DNA of 61,806 nt, the filler included, from Rhabdomonas costata (Eukaryota), in assembly GCA_019059605.1 (NCBI GenBank). It is 25 parts of 25 records of this genome, joined end to end, with 100 filler letters (N's around TTAATTAATTAA, not from the genome) between each part and the next. Parts side by side here need not be neighbours in the genome. Positions count along the whole stretch, not along the records: positions 12,396 to 14,773 come from JAHMHO010003715.1; positions 14,874 to 17,251 come from JAHMHO010003716.1; positions 17,352 to 19,730 come from JAHMHO010003717.1; positions 19,831 to 22,204 come from JAHMHO010003718.1; positions 22,305 to 24,682 come from JAHMHO010003719.1; 20 more parts are not named here. One strand, 5' to 3'. The position numbers and the translations under genes are program-made. Of this stretch, positions 12,998 to 24,427 are shown piece after piece; the first letter of the stretch is position 1; every line of letters starts with the position of its first letter. The notes beneath the pieces are model-generated. The model made no database searches and was not told the origin of the DNA. It saw only the letters and a program-made list of their open reading frames with translations.

Positions 12998-14106
12998 TCA
13001 GTATCCCTGGCAGAGCAGGTCATAGTGGGGCACGCGTGAGGAGTCGAAGGGGCACCGCGCCATGGGCTTGCCTCGCAGGGCCGCACGGTAGATCACCTCC
13101 ACGAGGTCTGTCACCCACCCGGCCACGCATGACTGCATATCAGGTGCAAAGAGTGAGAGATACAAGGCATCAGAGCACACTATGGAGCTGTAAGCTCCGC
13201 AGACAGGCACAACACAGAGAGTTCAAACTTATGTGCTTATGATTTGTATATAAACAAAAAACATGTACGCTGTCCAAATTACCCAAAACAAAAGAACAAC
13301 AGAAGAGAGGACTCATAACAACGCACCATGCCCTCTGCCCAACCTCTACTCATGCTTCAGTCCTTGACAAGAAAACAACCTCATCAAGGCAAGGGAATGG
13401 AATGAAAGAAAGGGTGTATGTGCAGTATAGCAAAGGACGGTGGCGAAATGGAAGAGGGGAGCAGGCAGAGCGAGTGAATTGGCACGGATGGGAGAAGCTC
13501 TACAGGCGATGTCAGTAGAAAAAGAAAAGCCCACCGATAAAGTCCTGCTTCCTCACAAAGCACCCCACCCATTTGGTGTGGTCCAGGGTGCCATAGTCCA
13601 CCTTCATGTGCACAGTGTTGAAGAAGAATACAATGCAGGGAACCAAGGTAATCCCGAAGTAGCGTACGTACGTTGGAACTTCCGAGCACTCCACGATATA
13701 AACCCGGCCAAGCTTCGAGACCAGGTGCTGTGTCTTGGCCAGGACCTTGTCTGTGGTGAGAAGTGAGTGAGAAGTGAATGAGCAGTGAGGGCGGGGGGCA
13801 GCAAAGTTCACGGCAGAAGGTCACCTTCACGAGAAGGTGAAACCCCAAAAGTCAAAAATCCACCACCAACCCCTCTCTCCTTTTCCCGAGCTTCGGAAAC
13901 CTGCACGGAGAAGCCTTTTCGAACCCACCCAAAAGCCAAACCATGCACTCACCACCCAAAGACTCACACATACCCAGGGCCATCGTCTCAGGGTGGTCTT
14001 CGGAACCAAACCGCAGCGCTACTACCAGATCATCATTGTTTTGCAGTGCGTCATCCACCTCGGCCTTGGTGCGCAGTCGATGCAGGTCGGGGTAAAGAGA
14101 GGTCAT
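12998..14106 (-). CDS. TXNL4B: Thioredoxin-like protein 4B (DIM2), complete, 3 exons
   Basis: Exons 14106-13974, 13750-13535 and 13107-12998 (both introns GT-AG) give MTSLYPDLHRLRTKAEVDDALQ...VVALRFG...[67 protein letters not shown]. The HMKVDYG/DHTK/KQDFID/PxYDLL motifs are DIM2-type, not DIM1-type (HIMIDLGTGNNNKINW). Confidence 0.93.
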
Positions 14107-16666
14107 TGCCAAAAGCCCAAGCGTAGGCCCACCCCGCGAGCCACACGGCAGCACCGAGTTGCCGGCTCAAATAGGTTACAAGGGCAAAAGTGGCACCAAA
14201 ATGATATACTGATAACTTCCACAAAAAAGAATAAGGGCAACAATCGAGCAACTTCTTTCCTGGGGATGAGATCTTACCTGTGCAGAAGGTTCGCGATTGA
14301 TTGTATAAGAGCAGATCATCGGGCGCGATTCTGAAAAGTGTGATTTAGCTGCAAGTCCTCAAGGGTGCGGCACACCCTTAGGTGAGTGTGAGCTGACGAG
14401 ATAGGTCGTAGTTGAGTCGTCAACTCATTGCCCGAATCCCAGTTGTTGCTTCTGGTGGGCCATCGATCTCCTCCGATTCCCAATTAATCTTTCGCACGGA
14501 AGCAGCAGCCACCATGACAAACGTTTACAAACGTTCGCGCAAAGGCCACTCGAAATACATTACAGTAACATTGCTATTACGTATTTCCCGCCACCCAGCG
14601 CATGTAGCTTGTGACCCTTTGCAACCAAACGCTTATAAAAATTTCTTACCAAAAACGTCAGGTGGCTCACAAGCATCCGAGAGCGGCGACCATGCCATCC
14701 TACAGTTTTACCATCAGCAGTGCGTTGACCACACGGGCGCGGCAACAACAAACCCCTAAACACACCTAACACANNNNNNNNNNNNNNNNNNNNNNNNNNN
14801 NNNNNNNNNNNNNNNNNTTAATTAATTAANNNNNNNNNNNNNNNNNNNNNNNNNNNNNNNNNNNNNNNNNNNNTCCGCCTCCCCAACCTCTTCATCCCTT
14901 TGTGTGGTCCAAGAAGGGAAGGACAGAAAGGGGATGTTTTCTCCAGTGTACTATGGCTCGTGATTCTGTTCCTGCTGGCGGTGCGTCGTATGTCTGGAAT
15001 CAGAATGCACTGCCTTACATACTCTTCCATCTTTCTTGCCAACGTAGAATTTCCATCGCTTGTCCTGTCCCTCACGCAGCTCTCACATAATCGGAGTGCC
15101 TTGTCACTCTCTCTTTGTGTGTGCTGGCGGCGGACTGTTGACTCACCGCTGCTATGGGCTTGTTTGGGTTCTGGGTGGGAGAAAGATACGTTACATCCCA
15201 CCCCACCTCCGTCCAACTGCATGCTCTGCCGCTTTCGGATGATTTGTTTATTGAACCACATGGGCCACTTCGTATGAACATATTGTGTCACTCACTCACT
15301 CCGCCTGCAATCTGGCTGGAGTTTTGTGGCATTCTGTCCTCCTTCTGTAAGACTTTCTTTATATTGTCTATTGTCTACTGTTTTGTTTTTTGCACACCTT
15401 CTCTATTTTGTCTTCACATGTGTGGATGCGTTTGCGATGTTCATTGCGTATGTGTTTCCATTTGTTTCGATTTTAGGGGATTTTAATCTCAGCTTCACCG
15501 CGTGTGGTATTCTTCCTTTTTTGATATCGCATCCATTTAGTGCCTTCATGTTTGTATGCTTTCATCAGCAAAAAAAAAACGAGTCCAATTAGGGGTGCCT
15601 GAATCCGGTTCCTGTTCACCCCCATTGCATACCCGCATACCCGCATACATTACACAGTCGACAGTACACACCATCGGGAACCATGGTAAGCAGCGTTCAG
15701 CTTCTGGACGAAGGGAGAGAGTGTGTGGGAGGGAGGGAGATTGGAGCTGAACCAAAAGCACCGTGTGGATTCTGTGTTGTCACTCCACTCAGTACTGTGT
15801 TGCCCATTTGCGCCCATAGTGTGTTCCTATTTCCGTCCCCGACTTGTTGGCGCTGCTATGTTTTGACACTCTTTTCTGCGTTCTTGTTTCCCTCGTGTTC
15901 TTTTCTGTATTGCTATGAGGGGGTACGCAACCATTCTGAAATTCATTGGCTGGGGGAAGAATATTCAAAAGGAAAGATTGTGTGTTGGTGTTTGTGCGAC
16001 CCTTGTCCACCACTCAGTTGCCTACACTTTTCTCACCACCGCTAACTTCTCGCTTCCGATCTCTCCAACTGTGGTTGATTATTGCTGCTGCCACTCTGCG
16101 AATATTTTTGTGTCATCGTGGCAACCTCTAGCTCTTGCGATGGGGGAAACGGAGAGTGCTAATAAAGTCTGGAAGTTGTGCGTTTTTACCACGACGCAAT
16201 AACAAACAAAACCGACTGTGAAAAACAGCATTTTCCATCCAAAAGGCCATATGGTGGAGTACCACCGCGCTTCATACGGTGAGCCCACTTTCATTGGTTG
16301 GTAAATATTGTTGTCTATAACGTTAGAAATGAAAATATGTCATCAATAAATCCTCCACTTCAACATACAGAGGATTAAGGATTGATAAAAGTTTTGGCAT
16401 CATGTCTACTTCTTCGGCATTCGAAGCTCCTTGGTAGATCGTGCTTTTTCTGCGATATACCCGAGTTCCAGATATGCGAGTGACCTCAGTACCAGTAGTA
16501 TGCTAGTGACCTTGTAGTTTTTTGCGTGTATTTTTTGATATGCCATGGATCATCTCTTGTACCCTCATTCTAATCAGCGAGGACTTGGTGTGACAATGAC
16601 GTGACAATAGCCGGATGCATCACTTGTGCGTGGGGTCAACTCGTCCTCTCTCAATTGTGTCTGCAG

Positions 16667-17131
16667 AACTCTCTCCTTCACGGTTTGGCTGGTGCGTTGA
16701 CTGAAATGGAAATGAGAAGTGTCCGAGACCCGTACTCAATGGAAGGTGCTTTTCCACGACTCTTTTCCTTCTTTTCTGGCTTGCCTTTCCAGGACAGGGT
16801 GACGTTTAGGATGTCCAAAAGTCGCCGGAGTGAGGTGGCCCGCTTCGCATTAAAAGTGAGGATTTCAGAAATACAACGAAAAAAAACAAGGGAAACGTGG
16901 GGGAAAAGGCTCATTTCAATTTATTTTTCATTTTCGACCCTTTTTTCGCCATTTAGTCTGAAGTGCTCTTATTTATTGGACATTTCTCCTTTTTGAAGTG
17001 AAGAAAACAATATTGGGTGCTTTTTCTTCTTGGCGCCTTCTTATTTCTTTTGGGCGGGAGGGATGATTCCTTTGCAGGGTACCGCTTTGTGATGTGCAGA
17101 GCTTCCAGCCCCCGGTGTGTGCTTTGTAGAG
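16667..17131 (+). CDS. Hypothetical protein, two candidate internal exons
   Basis: AG/GT-bounded, phase-compatible segments 16667-16745 (NSLLHGLAGALTEMEMRSVRDPYSME) and 17078-17131 (GYRFVMCRASSPRCVLCR). No recognisable domain. Confidence 0.3.
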
Positions 17132-18016
17132 GTGGGGGAGTTCAGAGGGTACCCGTTCCCACCGTCTTTGAAATGATTCAATGATGGCATCACTCTATGA
17201 GCTATGAGGTCCATCTTCCATACAGTCACCACCGGCACGATACCCACAAACNNNNNNNNNNNNNNNNNNNNNNNNNNNNNNNNNNNNNNNNNNNNTTAAT
17301 TAATTAANNNNNNNNNNNNNNNNNNNNNNNNNNNNNNNNNNNNNNNNNNNNCTGGAGCCGACTGGGGCGGAACGTGACCTGAGGAGCCTTGAATGACTCT
17401 TTAATGTATTGCCTAAAAAATTGTACACTACTGGTAACCGTTACCAGTTGTCACTGTTTCCAGGTAATTGCACCCCCGCATCGCTCTAACTTTTTGTAAC
17501 TTTTGCGAAAGACACCCACGACTCATCCGACTGTTTGCGGAGGTTCCGGGCGAGCAACGTTGAGCTCCACAACCCAACGATGGCTGGTGTTCTCCCTTCT
17601 GAGGAGGGAGGGAGAGAGATAGAGAGATAGCTCCTGGAGGCATGCCCACCTTCAACTGAGATTGCGACGGAGGAAAATGCATACCCGAAAGCTCTCGGTG
17701 ATCAAACAAAGCTGCGCACTTCCCCCAGCTCCCCGGGGGACCACACAGTCTGTACAAGCCGAGGATGGGACCCCCTTCACCTTAATTCAGTTATATCAGC
17801 AACAATCCGGAGACAGGGGACCTAACCTCCTACGTCTCTACTCATTTTCACAGTCCTCACCCCAAGGGAGAAAGAATGTGTAAGGGTGTGTTTTAACTTT
17901 TACCTCCCTGGCTTTGGGCAGTTACGAAGACACCCGCGAGCAGGTGCCTACGATATTTTCGGTTGGGCATTCACGCACATCTGTGGAACGACCCTTACGT
18001 TCCCCGTGATCCTCAG

Positions 18017-18563
18017 GCAGCCATTGTTCGGGTGATGAAGGCCCGCAAGACTTTGCCTCACCAGCAGCTCATTTCCGAGGTGATTTCCCAGCTGCAGCGG
18101 AACTTCAAGCCCACCGTCCAGGTCCTGTTGACCCCTCACCCTCCCATTGATTCGCGGTTTGATTTCGCGTGCTTTGTCTTTCTGTGGGTGATTTGTTTTA
18201 GAGGACTTAAACGGAAAGCGGAAAGCACTACCACTCGAAAAAGAAAAAAAGAACGGAAGACGTTGCGCGTTCTGTTGTTGGTTAAGCAGCTTTGCTGTGG
18301 CTACAAAAAATTCACAGGAGGTTTCAGGAGTGCTGAAAGTTGCTAGCATTTTCGTGGAGTGCAACTGAATCGTTAGATGGGCTGGGCGGGCCCTTTGCAA
18401 CCCCATCCGATGTCCAGAGGGTTGGTACTTTGTGCAAACCAACATCTCATCCTCCGCACGTGCATTCACTCAGGACATCAAGAAGAACATCGATAACCTC
18501 ATTGAGAAGGAGTATATGGAGCGCGACGAGCAGGCCACCAACACCTACAACTACGTTGCGTAG
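18017..18563 (+). CDS. Cullin, C-terminal neddylation (winged-helix) domain; last two exons
   Basis: Exons 18017-18121 ([35 protein letters not shown]) and 18474-18563 ([29 protein letters not shown]), GT-AG intron. Contains the cullin IVRxMKxR neddylation motif and the terminal YxYxA. Confidence 0.95.
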
Positions 18564-19989
18564 TTCTCTGAGTGGCTCGGACAAACGCCATGGTGTTGCC
18601 GCTGTGGTGTTTGTGGGTCAGATGGCCTGTGAACGTATCACTGTGCAGATGCGGAAGACACCTTGTGAAATTGAGAAGGGACGGCTGCAGGGGTAGCCCC
18701 GTGCAACCAACCCAAACCTTCTTTGCCCCTCTCTACAACCCGTCTCGATCATCCTGCGTCCATCAACATCACTGCAGGGGCGCGTGTCAAGAGCTCCTTT
18801 GCGTTTTTGGAGCGTGGACAGTGTGCACTTCTCCTTGGCACCCTCTCCTTCTCTCTTTCACCCTTTTGTATACCTCTCGCTGTACCACTCTATTGCGAGT
18901 GCCCTGTGCTGCTAGTGCTGCTAGTGCTACTGCGTTTTCTTGCCTTATCGTGTGATGACTGGACTGCGTACAGTTGGTTTCTCTGTATTTCCTTTCAACT
19001 TCAGCCAAAATATGGTCAGAAGCATCCTCGAATGGCTCTTCTGTACAAGAAAGTGCGAATGCGAGCGCGATGCCATTCCAAGGGTATGAGCAGATGCACC
19101 TCTTCGGGTTGCGCAGCTTTCGGGGACGTTGACCTACGATATCGTGCCGTGAGGTAGAGCTGGAGCCGCATGCACATGTCACCGACTCAACTGCGGATGG
19201 ATTTGCCATAATTTCCTCGCGAGCCAAAGGTGATAAACCAAAAGAATCCAAACTTTTCATTTTGCTTCCGTTTTCAAGGAGTCTCCGACCAACACTTGGA
19301 CGTGTCGTGCCGTGGCGCGTCTCTGAACAACTGTCAAAAGTCAGTTTCCGGCCCCACCCGCGGGAACATGCTGCGAATGCGACACACAATGCCCGGGAGA
19401 GGAGCGTTACGGATCCAACGAAGAAAAAAAGGATAGACAGGGACCCGCCACCATTGGAAACGGGGAGGCAGGCTTGGCACCCCAAGCACAGTCATTTTAA
19501 GCGCCCGTAAATCGCAACATTGCCAACAAACGCCAAAACAATCTGAACCCGGTCAAATTGCGCTAGACACGCAAACCCCGACCCCGGGACACAACGGCCT
19601 CGCCCACGGCGTGGCGGAGGATTGCTGGGGGGGGGATTACGGAACACGACCGGCTTATTATCCACCCGTTCCCACTTCCCAAAAAAAAACAATGGGCCTG
19701 ATACCCTACATTGACTACACCCCACCCCACNNNNNNNNNNNNNNNNNNNNNNNNNNNNNNNNNNNNNNNNNNNNTTAATTAATTAANNNNNNNNNNNNNN
19801 NNNNNNNNNNNNNNNNNNNNNNNNNNNNNNGAGATGATTGTAACTGCCCAGGAATGCAAGTCACCGATGCCTGGGAGATCTTCCCAGGGTTCTAGGAGGG
19901 CAAAGGTGGACCAGCTAGCAAGCACTGATAACATCAACAGCTTCCCTGGTCTGCTTCTGGGTCGATTCGATTGGTCTCTTCTCTCTCCT

Positions 19990-21780
19990 CTATCGGTAAT
20001 GTGCAGGACGGAAGCCTCTCCTTGGACGGCTTCCATGTTGCAGCTCCCTCTGGTGCTCGTCCCGCCCATCCTTCACCATCACTTCTTTGGAATGCCCCAC
20101 GCACACCCCCACAGGATAAAATAGCAGCCGCAGGGCAAGCTGTAGGGCTTTGCGGGCGCGGTACTTCCGCACGGAGGAGGAATGCTGCATCCCCGCGCAC
20201 ACCCCACGGGCGAAGTGGTCAGACACGGAGGGGCACAGCCCACCGCACATCCAGCACCACTGCGTGCTGCACCGGCTGCACCACGGCGAGGGCAACGAAA
20301 AAAGTAAGTGATGTGAAGTTAATATTTTTTGCTGGCGTTTGTGTTTTCACGCGGAGTGACTCTTTCTTTTCACCCCCTGCCCTCCCTCTTTGGTCGGGAC
20401 CTGAGAGCTAACATGACTGCTCCAAAAGGTGGAGGTAGTCTGGGATGAATGGAGTGACGGGTTGAGCGAAGTGCATGCGGGCTGCCGGACTTCAGTTCTA
20501 ACTCGCTAATGTCAAAAATCACAAAGAACTGAGCGAAGCCTCCCCCAACATACAGGGAGATCAGCGATATGCAGAATACGCTTGCAATGTCAGAGTACAC
20601 AAACAACAAATGGGGAGGAAGGTGTTATGCGGGTAATAACGCTTCAGCTAATAGTTAACGGGTGGTACTGAGCGGCGGAGCTTCGCTTGAGCTTCGTAAT
20701 CTCCAATATGTCATCCTGTCTGGGAAGTGTCACCACTAACTTGATGTGTATCTGCATTCAGCATCGTTGGGGTTTTAAATGCTAGATTACTGTGAGACCG
20801 GGGGCGGGCAGCAGACCTGCAAGACATGTGGTTGCACCCGGAGTGCTTAAACGTTGGGGCGTGACACCCCGGGCAGGGCTTGGAGGTCTTGCTCACCACG
20901 GTCAAGGACAGTCCGTCCAAATGCTTCACCTGAAGCAAAGGGACAAGATTAGGAAGAAGATATTCCGAGACAACCCAAAGGATCCAAAGATGCGTGCTTG
21001 AAAATGGAGGTGCATGATTTGAAGTCCCAGTTGCATCGGGAAATGGCCCCAAGTAATTTTGCTCAATTCAGAAATGCATGAGCATACATTTCTGGAATCG
21101 CAAATGCCGGGTGATGCATTTCTGCTTAAATCAGAAATGAAAAATGAAAGCACGCTCGACATTTTTGTTGAATTCCCCCTCCCTTAATGCTCTGAAGCGA
21201 AACTAGCATCAACCATACAACGCTGATAGCTTCCGCCTGGTGAATTTGAAAAGAGAAGGCAAAAAAGGTCGGGATAAAAACCTATCTGCTTTTAAAAAGC
21301 ATCTACACGCATCCGCAGATACACACTTTCTCTAAATCCGAATGAATCCTGAGGCCGCCATCTCAACAGCCAACAGAAGTTTTCCTTAACCCACTGCCAC
21401 TCATATTCATTTTGAAACGTGCATAATAATCGGAAAGGGTGACGTGGAGCCTAGTGCACGTTGTGCCCCCCAGCATAGCAGAAACCCTGCGCTCGTAGGC
21501 AGAGCAGCTCTCCCTGGGCCCGTGGGCGTTGCTGTGGCGGAAACAAAACGCCCGCCGGCACCCCGGACACGCCATCGCCGGGGCCTTTGCGCAGCCCCGC
21601 TGCGGCAGCTCACAGAACGGGCACTCCACCAGGTTGGGGTCCCCCTCCAGGTTGCGCAGCCGCACGTACCGCTGCGCCATGCGGACATCCAGGTACTTCT
21701 CGACCTACACGTGGTTGGTGGGACTCACAGTGGCAACGGCACCTACACCCATACCTTACCTCGACAACATCTCCGACAAC
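19990..21780 (-). CDS. RBR (RING-between-RING) E3 ubiquitin ligase, IBR + RING2 + C-terminus (partial)
   Basis: Exon 21704-21486 encodes the IBR (ECPFCE...ACPGCRRAFCFRHSNAHGPRESC). Exon 20929-20817 encodes KPCPGCHAPTFKHSGCNHMSC. Exon 20275-19990 encodes SRCSTQWCWMC...*. GCNHM is the RING2 catalytic motif. There is a possible 21-nt upstream microexon at 21780-21760. Confidence 0.9.
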
Positions 21781-22125
21781 CTGACGAACGCATAATTTTG
21801 CCCGCGCCAACTTATAAGCGAGAGTTTTGAGATGCGTTATTGCCTTACGGTTAAATAGAAAAATCACGCAACCTTTCTTTGGAAAGGTTACTCTCCATTT
21901 CGCCATAGCAAAGCCAAGGGAAAGGACTTTGGTAACAGCAGTACCACAGCTGTGTCCATCGCGATCCCTTCTAATTTTACTAACCGATATTTTCGACCTT
22001 TTTCAGTTCAGGTACAAAAGGCCTCTGTGTGTCTCATAATGCCGACAACAATACTGTTTCTTCTGCAATGCTTGACCATACTGCCTTCTCCCTCCCTCCC
22101 AGCAAATCACCAGTGCGGAGTCCAA

Positions 22126-22203
22126 CAATACAATACAATACAATACAATACAATACAATACAATACAATACAATACAATACAATACAATACAATACAACA
22201 CAA
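22126..22203 (+). repeat. (CAATA)n pentanucleotide microsatellite
   Basis: About 15 tandem CAATA units running to the contig end. Confidence 0.97.
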
Positions 22204-22677
22204 ANNNNNNNNNNNNNNNNNNNNNNNNNNNNNNNNNNNNNNNNNNNNTTAATTAATTAANNNNNNNNNNNNNNNNNNNNNNNNNNNNNNNNNNNNNNNN
22301 NNNNGGTGGTTGGGGTAATGCCACACACTATATTCTCAGTGTCGGGGTGTTGCTTGGCTTGAATCTTTCTAACGGGTTCAGGGGTTGAAAATGGACGACC
22401 CCGACAAAAATAGACCTGTCCGAAAAGGTCAAATCTGCAAAAACGGGCTTTCATCAGCATAAAAAGTCAATTTTCAGCCGAAAAAGACACGAATTCCGCT
22501 CTTTTCTTTGAGGGGGAGTCTCTCATACTACTTTACGCAAACCATTTTACCTTCAGAAACCACGCAAAATACACTGACACTTGAAAATAAAAATCGGTAC
22601 GCTGCCAGCAGTGTGAATTACGTGAAGGCCTGTCGAATGGCGGTGGGGGAGGAGCTTTCGAAGGGCGAGGGCGACTG

Positions 22678-24427
22678 TTAGCGTTCCTGAAACATCAGGA
22701 GGCGGGAGAAGGTGGGGATATTCCAGAGGTCGCCCAGCATCATGGGCAGCCGAACCGCCTTGCGCCGCAGCCGCTCAATGTTGCGGCTGTCATCGTCAAA
22801 CGTGACGAAGGTGTTCTCGGAGTGGCCCACCTGTAGGGCGGCCGCAAGAAGGGAGCGGAGGTGCGGGGGAATATGCGTGATTCATCCGGCCATTCGGTGC
22901 GGCGGAGTGAGAGGATGAGTTGCTTTGAAATACGTTGTCGGGTGCTATCGCAAACGCTCCTGCTCCGCATCGCCAGCATGGCGCATGCTTTGATGACTGG
23001 TCAGCGTCGGCTTGGCTCTCATCTGTGAGTCTGAGTGAGTCTGCTTCGGCTCCCTCCCCCCCCATACTCTGTATTTTCGTGTGGGTCCAGGGCTCCTTTT
23101 CACCAGCAGAAGGACCAGTTACCTTCCCATCTTACTTTTCGCACCTAACGTTACTTCCCCTTCCCCTCCCTTTTCGTCTTTGTGTTCCGGACCTTTGATC
23201 TAGCTTCGTGTGCAAAACACCCAGCCTGCTGGTGTAAACCAAAACTCTTTTGTTCTTCCCTCCGAAATTGGTCTTGCGTGGAATGTCTGTGGCACCCATT
23301 GAGGCAAAAGGGAGACGAAAGAGCCGCCAAGCGACACCACAACCCGCCGGAAGTGAAAGGTCAGAAAACCCCTGACCCCAAGGACCGACCGATCGACCAC
23401 GCAAAATTTCGGGAGGCCTTCTGCACATACCCGAGAGACTACCCTGCTTCGGCCAAGCCCTCCGTATATAAAAAGCCGCTGTGATCTATTGCTTCGTAAT
23501 TCCGGTCGCACACTTCTTATTCCTGAACTTGGCGAGCCACATTTTTATTGGGAATCCCTTAGCACCAATGGTTACACTCCGGCAAACCTCTTGAAGGCCG
23601 TGGGCAAAGTGCATGCAGGACTGCCAGCGCTTGCCCACAATATCCACGCATGTGGCCCCAGCGAACATCCCCGCTGCCCAGATCACCTGTAGTGTGGTGT
23701 GGGGTGGTGTGTTGTGATGTGACAATGTCAAGGCGGACAGCGGGGAAAATATGCACAGCAAAATTATAAGTGGGAGGGAAAACGCAGCGGTTTGAAACTT
23801 GGTATGGGCCACTCAGCCTGAAACGATAGTACGATGTGATGAGTTGTCAGTAATGCATCGAATTTCACAATGAAAGAAAAATATTGTTCACAAAAAGCCT
23901 GTTCAACGAGCAATGCACAAGTGGGACCCTAGAGTGGAAAAATGGCCTTTTGAAGACAAAACATAATTACCAAAAAGAATCTGACTGGCATGTTTCCCGG
24001 AAAAGAAAGTCAAGTCATGCACAGCTTTTCGATGCCGTAGTGTTCACCAGCGTAAGTGAGTGATAGGATAATAAGGGTGAACAAATACGAATACAAATCT
24101 ACGAATACCCCGAATGATCCCCTTCTACCGGAGTAACGCCACTTTCTCAGGCATCACTTTCTCCACAAACCCCCCTCCCTCATGCCTTGGTGGTGCGGCG
24201 CACAAGCTTCACCCAGGTGTGGAGCAAAGCGCAGTAGTACATCACTGTGAAGCCGTCACCCAGCAGCACGGTGTTGCCGTGGACCATATCGAAGGGCGCA
24301 CGTTCGTGGGTGCGTTCTCGCAGGGCATAGATCTTCCATGCCGTCAGCAGGGCCCTGTGCAATGTGTGGCGCATGTGCATCTCAGCGCGTCCTCGGGCCC
24401 ACAGTCCTTCTGGCTTGTAGGCCGTTT
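22678..24427 (-). CDS. Hypothetical protein C-terminus (3 exons), with weak Sfi1-like Trp repeats
   Basis: Phase-compatible exons 24427-24186 (GC donor), 23686-23588 and 22830-22678 (stop TAA), with GC3-rich coding-like codons. AEMHMRHTLHRALLTAWK fits A-x7-L-x4-L-x2-WK. Confidence 0.65.

Noticed and set aside
5110-14106. Apparent clustering of spliceosome genes (BRR2, TXNL4B) and of ubiquitin-system genes (cullin, RBR, UBL, HRD1)
   Set aside because: Each gene is on a separate contig ordered by length, so there is no evidence of physical linkage.
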